A stretch of DNA of 63,269 nucleotides, the filler included, from Octopus bimaculoides (taxonomy: Eukaryota): assembly GCF_001194135.2 (NCBI RefSeq). It is 5 parts of 5 records of this genome, joined end to end, with 100 filler letters (N's around TTAATTAATTAA, not from the genome) between each part and the next. Parts side by side here need not be neighbours in the genome. Positions count along the whole stretch, not along the records: positions 49,930 to 56,178 come from NC_068981.1; positions 56,279 to 60,847 come from NC_068990.1; 3 more parts are not named here. One strand, given 5' to 3'. A program made the position numbers and the translations under genes. The notes below the pieces were generated by a model. It was not told where the DNA came from. It searched no databases and saw only the letters and a program-made list of their open reading frames with translations. Position 1 is the stretch's first letter, and each line of letters opens with the position of its first letter. This document shows positions 50,209 through 60,947 of this stretch, in pieces.

Positions 50209-50900
50209 GACAAGCATAAACTCATGCCGTATCTGTCATCACTCGGGACAAGGTCCGCGTTCCTCAGTGGGGAATCAGACTGGTGTCGAAAGGGCTGCTG
50301 CTGGAACATACTCTCTAATAAAACACGATCTACTAGGTAACGAGATCCAGGATAACACTAACCCTAGACCTATAGGGATGCCACCATAAACATCGCCTAA
50401 AACAAAACGCATATAAATGGACTAGAGAGGATTATAGAGATGTGTTGAAAGCTTTCTATACAGCCCAACTAAACCCAAACAATAACCTCATAGTACAAAC
50501 TTATTAGGCAATGAAGTACGCAAATAATCTAAGTAATATACGTAGAAACATCATTAGGAATAAAAGGTTAACTGACGCTGAAATTAGCCAAATTAGGACC
50601 TATATGTTGCATGTCAGACCAAATGAAAACAGCAACAATGCAGATGAAATAGGTAACAGATGCACTTAACCCAGTGTACGAGCAGTACATCCCAACGAGG
50701 AATCTGAAGAAAGAGCAGCGAAGAACAGATATGCAGAAAAATCAGGCAAAATATAAATCAAAGATTTTATAAACCTCCCTGCAACGAAGGAACAAAACAG
50801 CAAACTGAGGCTACAGGATCCAGCTTGATATCTAGAAATCAAAAACCCACAGAAAAACGAAATGCTATGTGAACCACAAAATAATAGCATCAACAACAAC
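50209..50900 (+). mobile_element. R4/Dong-like element, 5' end, decayed
   Basis: ATG at 50224 (MPYLSSLGTRSAFLSGE), then KWTREDYRDVLKAFYTA and NLSNIRRNIIRNKRLTDAEISQI, with internal stops. These resemble R4-clade N-terminal motifs. Confidence 0.65.
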
Positions 50901-52349
50901 ACTAGCAGCGACAATAAAGATGACGACGATGATCATGGTGAAAAGTATGGGTTTTGGACAATGCTGGATAAACGATTGGCCTGTATAATAGGCATATAAG
51001 CATCCATTAAAAAGTTTAGATATAGAGTGGTTCGCCGCTCTTCAGATCCTACATTTAAGCTACTGAGATTCTGCATAAAGTGTATACTTGTCTATCAGTA
51101 TGATATATAGGCATGTTTCGATTCATGCTTCTCTATAGGTATGAATCTATTTATGTGTTTCTTTATCCATATGTATATACATTTTCTCCACACCCACAGA
51201 CATGCAGTTAGACACATACACACACATAAACACGCTCACACAAGTCTATTCTCACACCGATAGACAAATATCTACCACATCTGATTAAGAGAATATGAAA
51301 GCACGCACACACACACACACACACACACGCACGCGCGCACGCACGCACACACATACACACACACACACACACCATTGATGAATGTAATAATCTATGTCAT
51401 AGGTTGCATTATATTATGTCCTTTGCTTTCCCGAAGATATCCTCATTCATATTCTATCAAGCTTAAAACATGATAAGCTTGTGATAGGTGTTGTATATAT
51501 AGTGTTTAAACATACATGTTGCATAGGATTCGCAAAAGAATGCGTCTTCTATTCAACAGATAATTCCATTGCTAATAACTCATAGTCTATTGTTAATTAT
51601 GTGAGCTGCACAATGACGTATACTCAAGATAATTTTTGCAGAAATAGATTCCGACATTACTTGTGTCTATTCAACAAATGCCCATCGTATAACAAAACAA
51701 CATAAAAATTAGTGATTATAAATCTATTGACAAATATCTAGTTCGGAACATATATTAATTGTCTGTCTTAAATATCCACTGATATAGTGTGCTGAAGTTT
51801 TATGGCTCTTGATTTATGGCCGAACTCTTATTCAAATATTAGACTTCATTTACAGAATCTCAAATTATTATGTGCTGAGTTTTCTCTTGTCCATATTTAA
51901 CTATCATTGACAAAACATGGTTGATTGGTTAATATCATGTTATAGAGACGGAGAGAGATAGAGAAAGGAAAAGTTCACTGATGTGAGGAGAGGAGCCAGT
52001 TAATATTAAATTAAATTGCTGTACTGAAAATGAAAATCTTCTAAAGATATAGATATAATAAGTATTTCTAATATTCACGATACAAATGATGCTGAATTAG
52101 CAGGTGTGGGTAACTGCCACAGTGGCGCTGGTTAGATTCTCTTCAGATTCTCAAATCGAAATTCTGATTATGTATATTTTTATATCTTAACCTTGCTTGG
52201 TGGAAAATATTCGCAGTTTTGCGTCGAAAGGAATTGATTTCCAAGACACTCCGATAATATAAAGGAACAAACGGAACTTCCTTCACTCGTCTTAAGTTGG
52301 TATTAGTGGAATAAATTATAATTAACTAAGGGGTTAATGGCTGTGTAAT

Positions 52350-52545
52350 AAACAGTATTTCTTTGTAACTATATGGTTTCGGATTCTCCAACACTGTCTA
52401 ATTGGGGCAAATATCTTCTACTATTCTATTATAGCCCCGGGCCGACGATTTTTTTCTGAATTTGGTCGACGTACACTGCGTGGAGGAGTGTCATATATAT
52501 GACCGCAGTCAAATCACAGAAACAAGTAAAAGAGTAAAAGAATAA
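52350..52545 (+). mobile_element. SINE family A, internally deleted
   Basis: ttggggcaaatatcttctact...tatagccccgggccgac...gaccgcagtcaaatcacagaaacaagtaaaagagtaaaaga. Confidence 0.7.
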
Positions 52546-52824
52546 AAGTGTATATATACACATACACACATACACAAATACATACATACATACATACATA
52601 CATACATACATACATACATACATACTCACATAATAAATATTTAATGCCTTTTTCGCTGTATTATGTGTTCGTATCATTTTTTACATCTGCTATGTTTTAT
52701 TATAGATTTTCTATATAAATGAATCTGTATCCTTTACGTTACTACTTTTCTTTAAACGAACGGGGCAGATAGCTTACGGAATTGTTATTTTATCCTCAGA
52801 AGAGACACATCTACACCGTCAGAT

Positions 52825-52869
52825 GCTCCTGAGGGATCGATGCTAGATGGCTCGAAACAATTGTAGTGA
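52825..52869 (+). ncRNA. degenerate hammerhead-like motif, possible PLE pseudo-LTR (pLTR)
   Basis: CTGAGGG-atcgat(gctag)atggctc-GAAAC-AATT-GTA. Palindromic ACAATTGT helix III, GUA triplet, AATAAA 6 nt after the putative cleavage site. A9 and stem II are imperfect. Confidence 0.35.
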
Positions 52870-53096
52870 TTAATAAAAAAGTTCTCTGTCAAACTGGGGC
52901 AAATATCTTCCGTCTCTCTCATTAGCCAAATATCTTTTATTTTTTTATTTTCTATATATATCTTTTCATTTTTTTTCTTTTTTATTTGTGTGAATGTGTA
53001 CGTATGTAAGTATATATACTTTCATGCACACGACCTCTTCATTTATACGGACATGCATATGTTTGTATATGTGTGGGGTAGGTGCATGATAGGAGG

Positions 53097-53130
<34 letters not shown>

Positions 53131-53489
53131 NNNNNNNNNNNNNNNNNNNNNNNNNNNNNNNNNNNNNNNNNNNNNNNNNNNNNNNNNNNNNNNNNNNNNN
53201 NNNNNNNNNNNNNNNNNNNNNNNNNNNNNNNNNNNNNNNNNNNNNNNNNNNNNNNNNNNNNNNNNNNNNNNNNNNNNNNNNNNNNNNNNNNNNNNNNNNN
53301 NNNNNNNNNNNNNNNNNNNNNNNNNNNNNNNNNNNNNNNNNNNNNNNNNNNNNNNNNNNNNNNNNNNNNNNNNNNNNNNNNNNNNNNNNNNNNNNNNNNN
53401 NNNNNNNNNNNNNNNNNNNNNNNNNNNNNNNNNNNNNNNNNNNNNNNNNNNNNNNNNNNNNNNNNNNNNNNNNNNNNNNNNNNNNNNNN

Positions 53490-53524
<35 letters not shown>

Positions 53525-53544
53525 TATATATATATAATATTTTT

Positions 53545-54362
53545 ATGATAACTATATTATATTTCGCTTTTGGATTTGGCTTTGCTAGGATAATGAGCAA
53601 CGTGTCCCCACTATGCGAACCCTATGAAATGAAAAAAAACATACAGAATTTCATGTGCTGCATGCAGTTCTCTGAATATGATCAGAAAGATAGAGGTGGA
53701 GTATACAGGGGTGCTAGGAAGAAATTAGATAACATTATACGCAATGATACCAGTGGTACCTGCCTTAGATATAGAAACAAAGACTGGAATAGGATACAAA
53801 GAAATTGTGACAAAACAAACAGGGTGAACACGTGGTATAAAACCGACAAGTATCAAGGAGTCATGTTTGTAGAGGCCACAGCCCATGGAAAACTAGCTCG
53901 TAGATTTAGGAAATTCTAAAGGAGACCAAACTCAACATTAAGTTTGTTGAAAAGCCAGGAAACTCCGTCAGATCACAACTATGTAGGACGTACCCCTTTG
54001 AGAATACCATATGCGCCAATGATAACTGCATGGCATGTAGGATTAAGCCTGGTATTAACTGTAGAACAACAAAATGTAGTTTACAGCATAAGATGCATAG
54101 AAGGTGCTTGTAAAGACATGAACATGACATACATAGGGCAGACATCTAGAAGCATTGCGAAACGACTAAATGAACATTTGAGACAATATGACAACAAAAA
54201 AACAGTCCTCTATACTCTACCAACATACCAAAGAGCAACATGTAGGAAATCTCTGTCAACTTGACATCCGCATGTTTATCCAAGCACCCAAAAGACTCAA
54301 CACTCATAAAGTACGTCCTCATAAATGAAACTTCCCCAATACTAAATAGGAAATACACATAA
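53545..54362 (+). mobile_element. Neptune-type Penelope-like element, 3' part (RT thumb, Cys-rich linker, GIY-YIG), frameshifted
   Basis: WYKTDKYQGVMFVEATAHGKLARRFRK / KFVEKPGNSVRSQLCRTYPFENTICANDNCMACRIKPGINCRT / QNVVYSIRCIEGACKDMNMTYIGQTSRSIAKRLNEH / HPKDSTLIKYVLINETSPILNRK*. Confidence 0.88.
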
Positions 54363-55394
54363 TAGATATCATAGCCCCATACCCACAGTTTACACAGGTA
54401 AAATAGAATAGTTATGTAGATAGATGCATGTATGTGTGTGTGCGTGTGGGTGTACGTATATATGTGTGTAGATAGATGCATGTATATGATTGAACGCAGC
54501 GTCTCCAACTGTAAGTAGTTTTCGTAAACTTATATATCTTCCGACGCTACTCTATCTCTTTCTCTTTCTCTATCTTTTTTCCCCTCTCGTTCTTTCTCTT
54601 TACTACTACGTATCTCGCTTTACCCCTCTCGTTCTTCCTCTCTTACTACTACGTATCTCTTTTTTCCCCCTCGTATTTCCTCTCTTTCTCTTTCCCCTCG
54701 TTGCTCACCTATTCTTCTACTTCCTCCCTTTGTTTCTCCCTCTACCACTCTCTCTCTTCCCTTTACACTGGCATGGTCACATGCTTCCGGTCATTAATCC
54801 TTTTCTTCCTTGGCTATCACCGAGCAAGCACACGAACCACTTCGTCCCNNNNNNNNNNNNNNNNNNNNNNNNNNNNNNNNNNNNNNNNNNNNNNNNNNNN
54901 NNNNNNNNNNNNNNNNNNNNNNNNNNNNNNNNNNNNNNNNNNNNNNNNNNNNNNNNNNNNNNNNNNNNNNNNNNNNNNNNNNNNNNNNNNNNNNNNNNNN
55001 NNNNNNNNNNNNNNNNNNNNNNNNNNNNNNNNNNNNNNNNNNNNNNNNNNNNNNNNNNNNNNNNNNNNNNNNNNNNNNNNNNNNNNNNNNNNNNNNNNNN
55101 NNNNNNNNNNNNNNNNNNNNNNNNNNNNNNNNNNNNNNNNNNNNNNNNNNNNNNNNNNNNNNNNNNNNNNNNNNNNNNNNNNNNNNNNNNNNNNNNNNNN
55201 NNNNNNNNNNNNNNNNNNNNNNNNNNNNNNNNNNNNNNNNNNNNNNNNNNNNNNNNNNNNNNNNNNNNNNNNNNNNNNNNNNNNNNNNNNNNNNNNNNNN
55301 NNNNNNNNNNNNNNNNNNNNNNNNNNNNNNNNNNNNNNNNNNNNNNNNNNNNNNNNNNNNNNNNNNNNNNNNNNNNNNNNNNNNNNNNNTATAT

Positions 55395-55431
<37 letters not shown>

Positions 55432-55937
55432 TATGCATATGTATATAAGCATATGGATATGAAAGTAAACAGATCAACATACAGACGGATAGTTACATAG
55501 GTTATATGAACAAACAAGCACACATACGCAAATGAAGACCGAAACACATCACCATATATACACACGCATTTTACTTTACACGTCCACACATATAGAGATG
55601 CACATCCCTACATACAAACTCGTTAAATAGTTGCAAAACACGCACACGCACACTCAGACTCGCGCACACAAAGAGACAGAGATACACACACATATACAAG
55701 CACACACACACACACACACACACACTCACTCACACACACGTAAATACATAAAAACACAAAACCACGAACATGCAAACACATGAATATGCAGAATATATAC
55801 AAATGTACTCACACGAATAGATACGTCTGCACACACATACATGCATGCACACATACTTATATACTTGCATGCATGTATAGGCAGCAACACACGGATCCAC
55901 ACGCATGCGTACAAACAAACAAAAAGGAACGCAGTGT

Positions 55938-55985
55938 GAGTAAAAGGTTGCAAGAGTAAAAGGTTGCATGAGTAAAAGGTTGCAA
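55938..55985. repeat. 16-bp tandem repeat x3 (gagtaaaaggttgcaw)
   Basis: Direct. Confidence 0.9.
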
Positions 55986-56139
55986 GACGCAACGAACATT
56001 TGAGAAAAATAAAAAAGAAATAAGTGGAAATTTAATCGGTGTGTGTGCTGAATTATAAGACACCAAAAGTGAATGAATCTCCCCAGACACAGCATTTATA
56101 TTATATTATATTATATTACATCATCTCTCTCTCTCACTC

Positions 56140-56178
<39 letters not shown>

Positions 56179-56278
56179 NNNNNNNNNNNNNNNNNNNNNN
56201 NNNNNNNNNNNNNNNNNNNNNNTTAATTAATTAANNNNNNNNNNNNNNNNNNNNNNNNNNNNNNNNNNNNNNNNNNNN
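56179..56278. other. artificial assembly spacer 44N-TTAATTAATTAA-44N
   Basis: Direct. Confidence 0.95.
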
Positions 56279-56314
56279 GTAACGGGTAATATAGTATAGT
56301 AAAAAGAAATAAAC

Positions 56315-56600
56315 AAATTAATTAATCTAGTGGAAATTCACAGGAGAGCAATAAAAATAGAAAATTAAGGAGTTATCTCCCCTATAATAACAAAGATGAA
56401 ATCTAACGGGATTTTAAGAATTTAATGATCGTTATGTATGTGTTTTTTCGTGTTTTGTTCGGATGGTAACCACTCCTGAAGAAGTGCCAAATGTCAAAAT
56501 CCAATGGACCAGTCACTGGATAAGTTTGGCACAGAAATGTTAACATAGAGTGGTGAATAAATCGATATATCGAGTTTAAAGTCTCTGTCTCTTTTGAATA
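56315..56600 (+). mobile_element. diverged repeat, probable PLE 3' end/pLTR, copy A
   Basis: Homologous by eye to the reverse complement of 59375-59685 (attcacaggagagca; aaggagtta.ctcccct; cctga.gaagtgc; gcacagaaatgtt.acat). Carries a CTGAWGAAGTGC(G/C)AAA core. Confidence 0.55.
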
Positions 56601-56644
56601 TGAAAATTTAAAAGTTAAAAACCTTATAATATATATATATATAT

Positions 56645-57089
56645 TATATATATATGTGCATATGTAGGTGTATATACATATATACATGCATGTGTGTGTG
56701 TGCATGTATGTGTGCGGGTGTGGGTATTTGTATGTTTGTATATATACAGGAATGTAGGTATATATACAGGCATGTATGTATAGGTGAGCGTGTATGTACA
56801 TATGAAGGTTTCTGTATGGGTGTGTGTGTGTATGTGGGTGTGTGGGTATGTGTACATGGGTGTACGCATATGTGTATGTGTATGTGCGTACACACACGTG
56901 TTTGTACATATGTGTCTGCGCGCTAGCAAACACATATGTAAACATTCACTATAATTATCTCCCCATATCCAAATAACTCTTTGACCTCAACCTTTAGCAT
57001 CACATCAAAAACACCCTCCCTTTATATTTCTATGTAAACTAGCGTTCTTATTCCTAAAGCCCATGGAACAATATCGTTGACCCCGTTAT
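56645..57089 (+). repeat. direct repeat, copy 1 (period 1833 bp)
   Basis: Near-identical to 58445-58922, including about 170 nt of non-microsatellite sequence (ctagcaaacacatatgtaaacattcactataattatct...gaacaatatcgttgac). Confidence 0.92.
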
Positions 57090-57195
57090 AACTCTATGTA
57101 AACAAACCTTCTAACGGTCACTGACCATGTAACATCTCAGCTCGTAAGTTACCCCATTATTTTGTTTTTGTCTTGCTATTACATGTTTTATCATG

Positions 57196-57287
57196 AACTC
57201 CCTGATGAGAAATAAATGAGGACTCCAGCAGCGCTTTCTTCTTTGTGAAAGGGCCCTCATTTGTTTCGAAACATATATGTAGGAATT
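57196..57287 (+). ncRNA. type I hammerhead ribozyme, apparently intact
   Basis: AACTCC-CTGATGA-GAAATAAATGAGG(33 nt)CCTCATTTGTTTC-GAAA-C-ATATAT-GTA-GGAATT. Full catalytic core, 13-bp stem II (one GU pair), palindromic ACATATATGT helix III, GUA cleavage triplet (cut after 57281), stem I 5 of 6 paired. Confidence 0.85.
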
Positions 57288-58444
57288 AAAGGAACTTTCA
57301 TCGACATGAGTTTTGCTCCATTTGTTGTTATTATCCATATATTCTCAAAATGTATCACTTTAACTCGGTATAACAAACCTGTAAAGCGGCTGGGATATCT
57401 TGTTTTTTAGTGTAATTTTGCTACCCCTTGTAACTATTAACGTATTCAAATTATCAAAAGTTTTAATAACTGAGATAATATTAATATATACATAAACTAA
57501 TATATTGTTACAGTCTTCACTAAAGCACTTCAAGAAACATACCTTCTTTTATTACCGTTAGCTCCATCATTCCCACTAGGTTAGGTTCCAAGCAGTATTT
57601 TTATTATAGTTAATATCAATTTTTTTTTTTTTTACTAATATCCTATGAATAATTTCCACTTCTTCATCCACCACAACTTGCCCTTTCCCCTTCTATAGTT
57701 GATTAATTTTTTCCTTCCCAGTAATTACAGCTAAGGCTACCTTGTATCACCAACTGCTTTGCCATAGATCTGACCTTCTCCTTATTAGCATGTATATTGT
57801 TATTATTATTATTATTATTTCTCAGCTAACACCCTATACTTCGGTGTTACACTGATTAGCGCTAACATAAGTATATTAATATATAACAGGATAATGGTAT
57901 TTCTTTTATCATGTTTATGCTCTTCGCATCAAATCAGTATGTTATTAATTGTAATATTTTTTATAGCCTTAAACAAAATACATGTGTGTGTATTTGGGTA
58001 CATATATGCATACGTGTGTTTGTGAGTGTGTGTGAGGGTGGGCGTGTGTGGGTGTGTGAATGGGTACATGTGTATGGGTGAGTATGTACATGTGTGTATA
58101 TTTATACATACATACAAGTGTGTGTATATATATATACAAATGGGTGTGCGTGTGTATGTGCATGTGTGCATATGTAGGTGTGTAAGTGTGTGGGTGTTTG
58201 CACGTTTGTATATATACAGGAATGTATGTATATAAACAGGCAAGCAAGTAAAGGTGCGCGTGTGTGTGCACATGTATATGTGAAGGTTTCGGTATGGGGG
58301 GTGTTTGTGTGTATATGTGTGAATGGGTAGGTACACATAAGTATATGTATATATGTATATGTATCTGCGCACATGTACAAGCACGGGGCGTGAGTGTGTG
58401 TGTGTGTAAGGATGGAGGTGCGTATATGTGTATATATATATATA

Positions 58445-58922
58445 TATATATGCGCATATGTAGGTGTATATACATATATACATGCATGTGTGTGTGTATG
58501 TGCATGTATACGTATATGTGTGCGGGTGTGGGTATTTGCATGTTTGTATATATACAGGAATGTAGGTATATATACAGGCACGTATGTATAGATGAGCGTG
58601 TATGTACATCATATGTACATGTGAAGGTTTCTGTATGGGTGTGTGTGTGTATGTGTATGGGTGTATGTGGGTGTGTGGGTATGTGTACATGGGTGTATGC
58701 ATATGTGTATGTGCATGTGCGTACACACACGTGTTTGTACATATGTGTCTGCGCGCTAGCAAACACATATGTAAACATTCACTATAATTATCTTCCCATA
58801 TCCAAATAACTCTTTGACCTCAACCTTTAGCATCACATCAAAAACACCCTCCCTTTATATTTCTATGTAAACCAGCGTTCTTATTCCTAAAGCCCATGGA
58901 ACAATATCGTTGACACCGTTAT
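58445..58922 (+). repeat. direct repeat, copy 2, running into a 392-N gap
   Basis: See copy 1. A partial third copy lies at about 58110-58390. Confidence 0.92.
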
Positions 58923-59314
58923 NNNNNNNNNNNNNNNNNNNNNNNNNNNNNNNNNNNNNNNNNNNNNNNNNNNNNNNNNNNNNNNNNNNNNNNNNNNNNN
59001 NNNNNNNNNNNNNNNNNNNNNNNNNNNNNNNNNNNNNNNNNNNNNNNNNNNNNNNNNNNNNNNNNNNNNNNNNNNNNNNNNNNNNNNNNNNNNNNNNNNN
59101 NNNNNNNNNNNNNNNNNNNNNNNNNNNNNNNNNNNNNNNNNNNNNNNNNNNNNNNNNNNNNNNNNNNNNNNNNNNNNNNNNNNNNNNNNNNNNNNNNNNN
59201 NNNNNNNNNNNNNNNNNNNNNNNNNNNNNNNNNNNNNNNNNNNNNNNNNNNNNNNNNNNNNNNNNNNNNNNNNNNNNNNNNNNNNNNNNNNNNNNNNNNN
59301 NNNNNNNNNNNNNN

Positions 59315-59347
<33 letters not shown>

Positions 59348-59374
59348 CCAAGATTTTAAATTTGTATATTTAAA

Positions 59375-59685
59375 AGGATAGAGACTTTCAACACGGTCGA
59401 TTTTTTTCCATTTATTTAATTATTTAGCATCCGATGTCAACATTTCTGTGCTCAACTCTATCCAACGACTGATCTGTTGAATGTATGATGTTTCGCACTT
59501 CATCAGGAATGGTTTCCATTAGAACAAATGACCAAAAACCACAATTATCGATCAGAACAGATTATTAAAAATTATTCAACTATGCTGTCTTGATTATATT
59601 TAAATATACAGGGGAGGTAACTCCTTGATCTTTTCTATTGTTACTGCTCTCCTGTGAATGCCTACTAGATTAATTAATTTTATTT
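59375..59685 (-). mobile_element. diverged repeat, probable PLE 3' end/pLTR, copy A'
   Basis: Minus strand reads INLVGIHRRAVTIEKIKELPPLYI*, then CCTGATGAAGTGCGAAACATC. Homologous to 56315-56600. Confidence 0.55.
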
Positions 59686-60365
59686 ATTTATTAATTTATT
59701 TATTATTGACTATTGATTATTCACTATAGGTAGATTATTTTTGTTGCCCCTGGGAGTCTATCATTGCTATTATTTTATTTTACATTAATACTGTGTCTCA
59801 TTATTGGGCTAAGAGAATTTTATCCAGAAATCATTGCTCCTAGGAATCTTTTCAAGCTCCATCAGTGATATATTCAATAATATTTCAATATATTATCATT
59901 ATTTGCTATTACCATTATATTCTATGGGCTATATACTAAGATTTGAACCTCATCTCTTCTTACTTAAATCCCCAGTTTGTTATCTTATTCCCAGTTCTTG
60001 TTTTAATTTAATATCTACTCTTATCATGGTTGAGTCATTCACTTATATTCTGTTTTGAGATCTAACAATGGGCTGTATTGTACTGTACTACCCGTTCTAC
60101 TTCTCTTCTTTATATTCAATCTATACTGAGTTGTTCCTAGGTCTGAGTAGCAAATTTCCAGCCGCCGCTTACATCTTTATTACAATTCTTTCTATATGGT
60201 CTGCTTCTATCCTTACTATTGTGAGCCCTCAAAAACTCTTCTACTACTATTATTATTGTTATTGTTCTTCTTCTTCTTCTTCTTCTTCTTCTTATTATTA
60301 TTATTATTATTAATAATAATAATAATAATCCTATATTACAACTTATACAATCTACACTCATAAGC

Positions 60366-60605
60366 TTATCGATAAGTGAAAAGGTGTGAATCAAACTGAC
60401 GATCTCTATCGGTGGTGATAATAGCCGGTGTACCAAAACGCGAAACCCAGTGAAACACTAGCATTTTGGCGACCGTTTCTGCAGAGATGTCTAATAGAGG
60501 GAAGGCTTCTGGCCAGCGGGAAAATCTGTCCACACAGGTGAGGAAGTAAGTATAGTTATTGGAAGGTGGTAGCGGTCCAACGATGTCTATGTGTACATGC
60601 TGGAA
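60366..60605 (-). mobile_element. Gypsy/Ty3 LTR retrotransposon integrase (rve) core fragment
   Basis: Stop-free 79 codons, absent from the ORF track: [76 protein letters not shown]. Contains the first two acidic residues of the DDE triad. Confidence 0.93.
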
Positions 60606-60610
60606 ACATG

Positions 60611-60847
60611 CATCATCATCATCATCATCATCATCGTTTAACGTCCGCTTTCCATGCTAGCATGGGTTGGACGATTTGACTGAGGACTGGTGAAACCGGA
60701 TGGCAACACCAGGCTCCAGTCTGATTTGGTAGAGTTTCTACAGCTGGATGCCCTTCCTAACGCCAACCACTCAGAGAGTGTAGTGGGTGCTTTTACGTGT
60801 CACCCGCACGAAAACGGCCACGCTCGAAATGGTGTCTTTTATGTGCC
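60611..60847 (-). mobile_element. SINE family C 3' end
   Basis: catcatcatcgtttaacgtccgctttccatgctagcatgggttggacg...ggatgcccttcctaacgccaaccac. Confidence 0.9.
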
Positions 60848-60947
60848 NNNNNNNNNNNNNNNNNNNNNNNNNNNNNNNNNNNNNNNNNNNNTTAATTAAT
60901 TAANNNNNNNNNNNNNNNNNNNNNNNNNNNNNNNNNNNNNNNNNNNN
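60848..60947. other. artificial assembly spacer 44N-TTAATTAATTAA-44N
   Basis: Direct. Confidence 0.95.

Noticed and set aside
50209-50300. HDV-like ribozyme at the Dong-like 5' end (gttcctcagtgg resembles an L3 loop)
   Set aside because: I could not build P1 or P2 pairings, and the segment reads as the start of the ORF. A descriptor search on the family consensus would settle it.
57929-58809. 270-280-aa His/Thr/Tyr-rich ORFs
   Set aside because: Derived from degenerate (GT/AT)n sequence and open in several frames on both strands.
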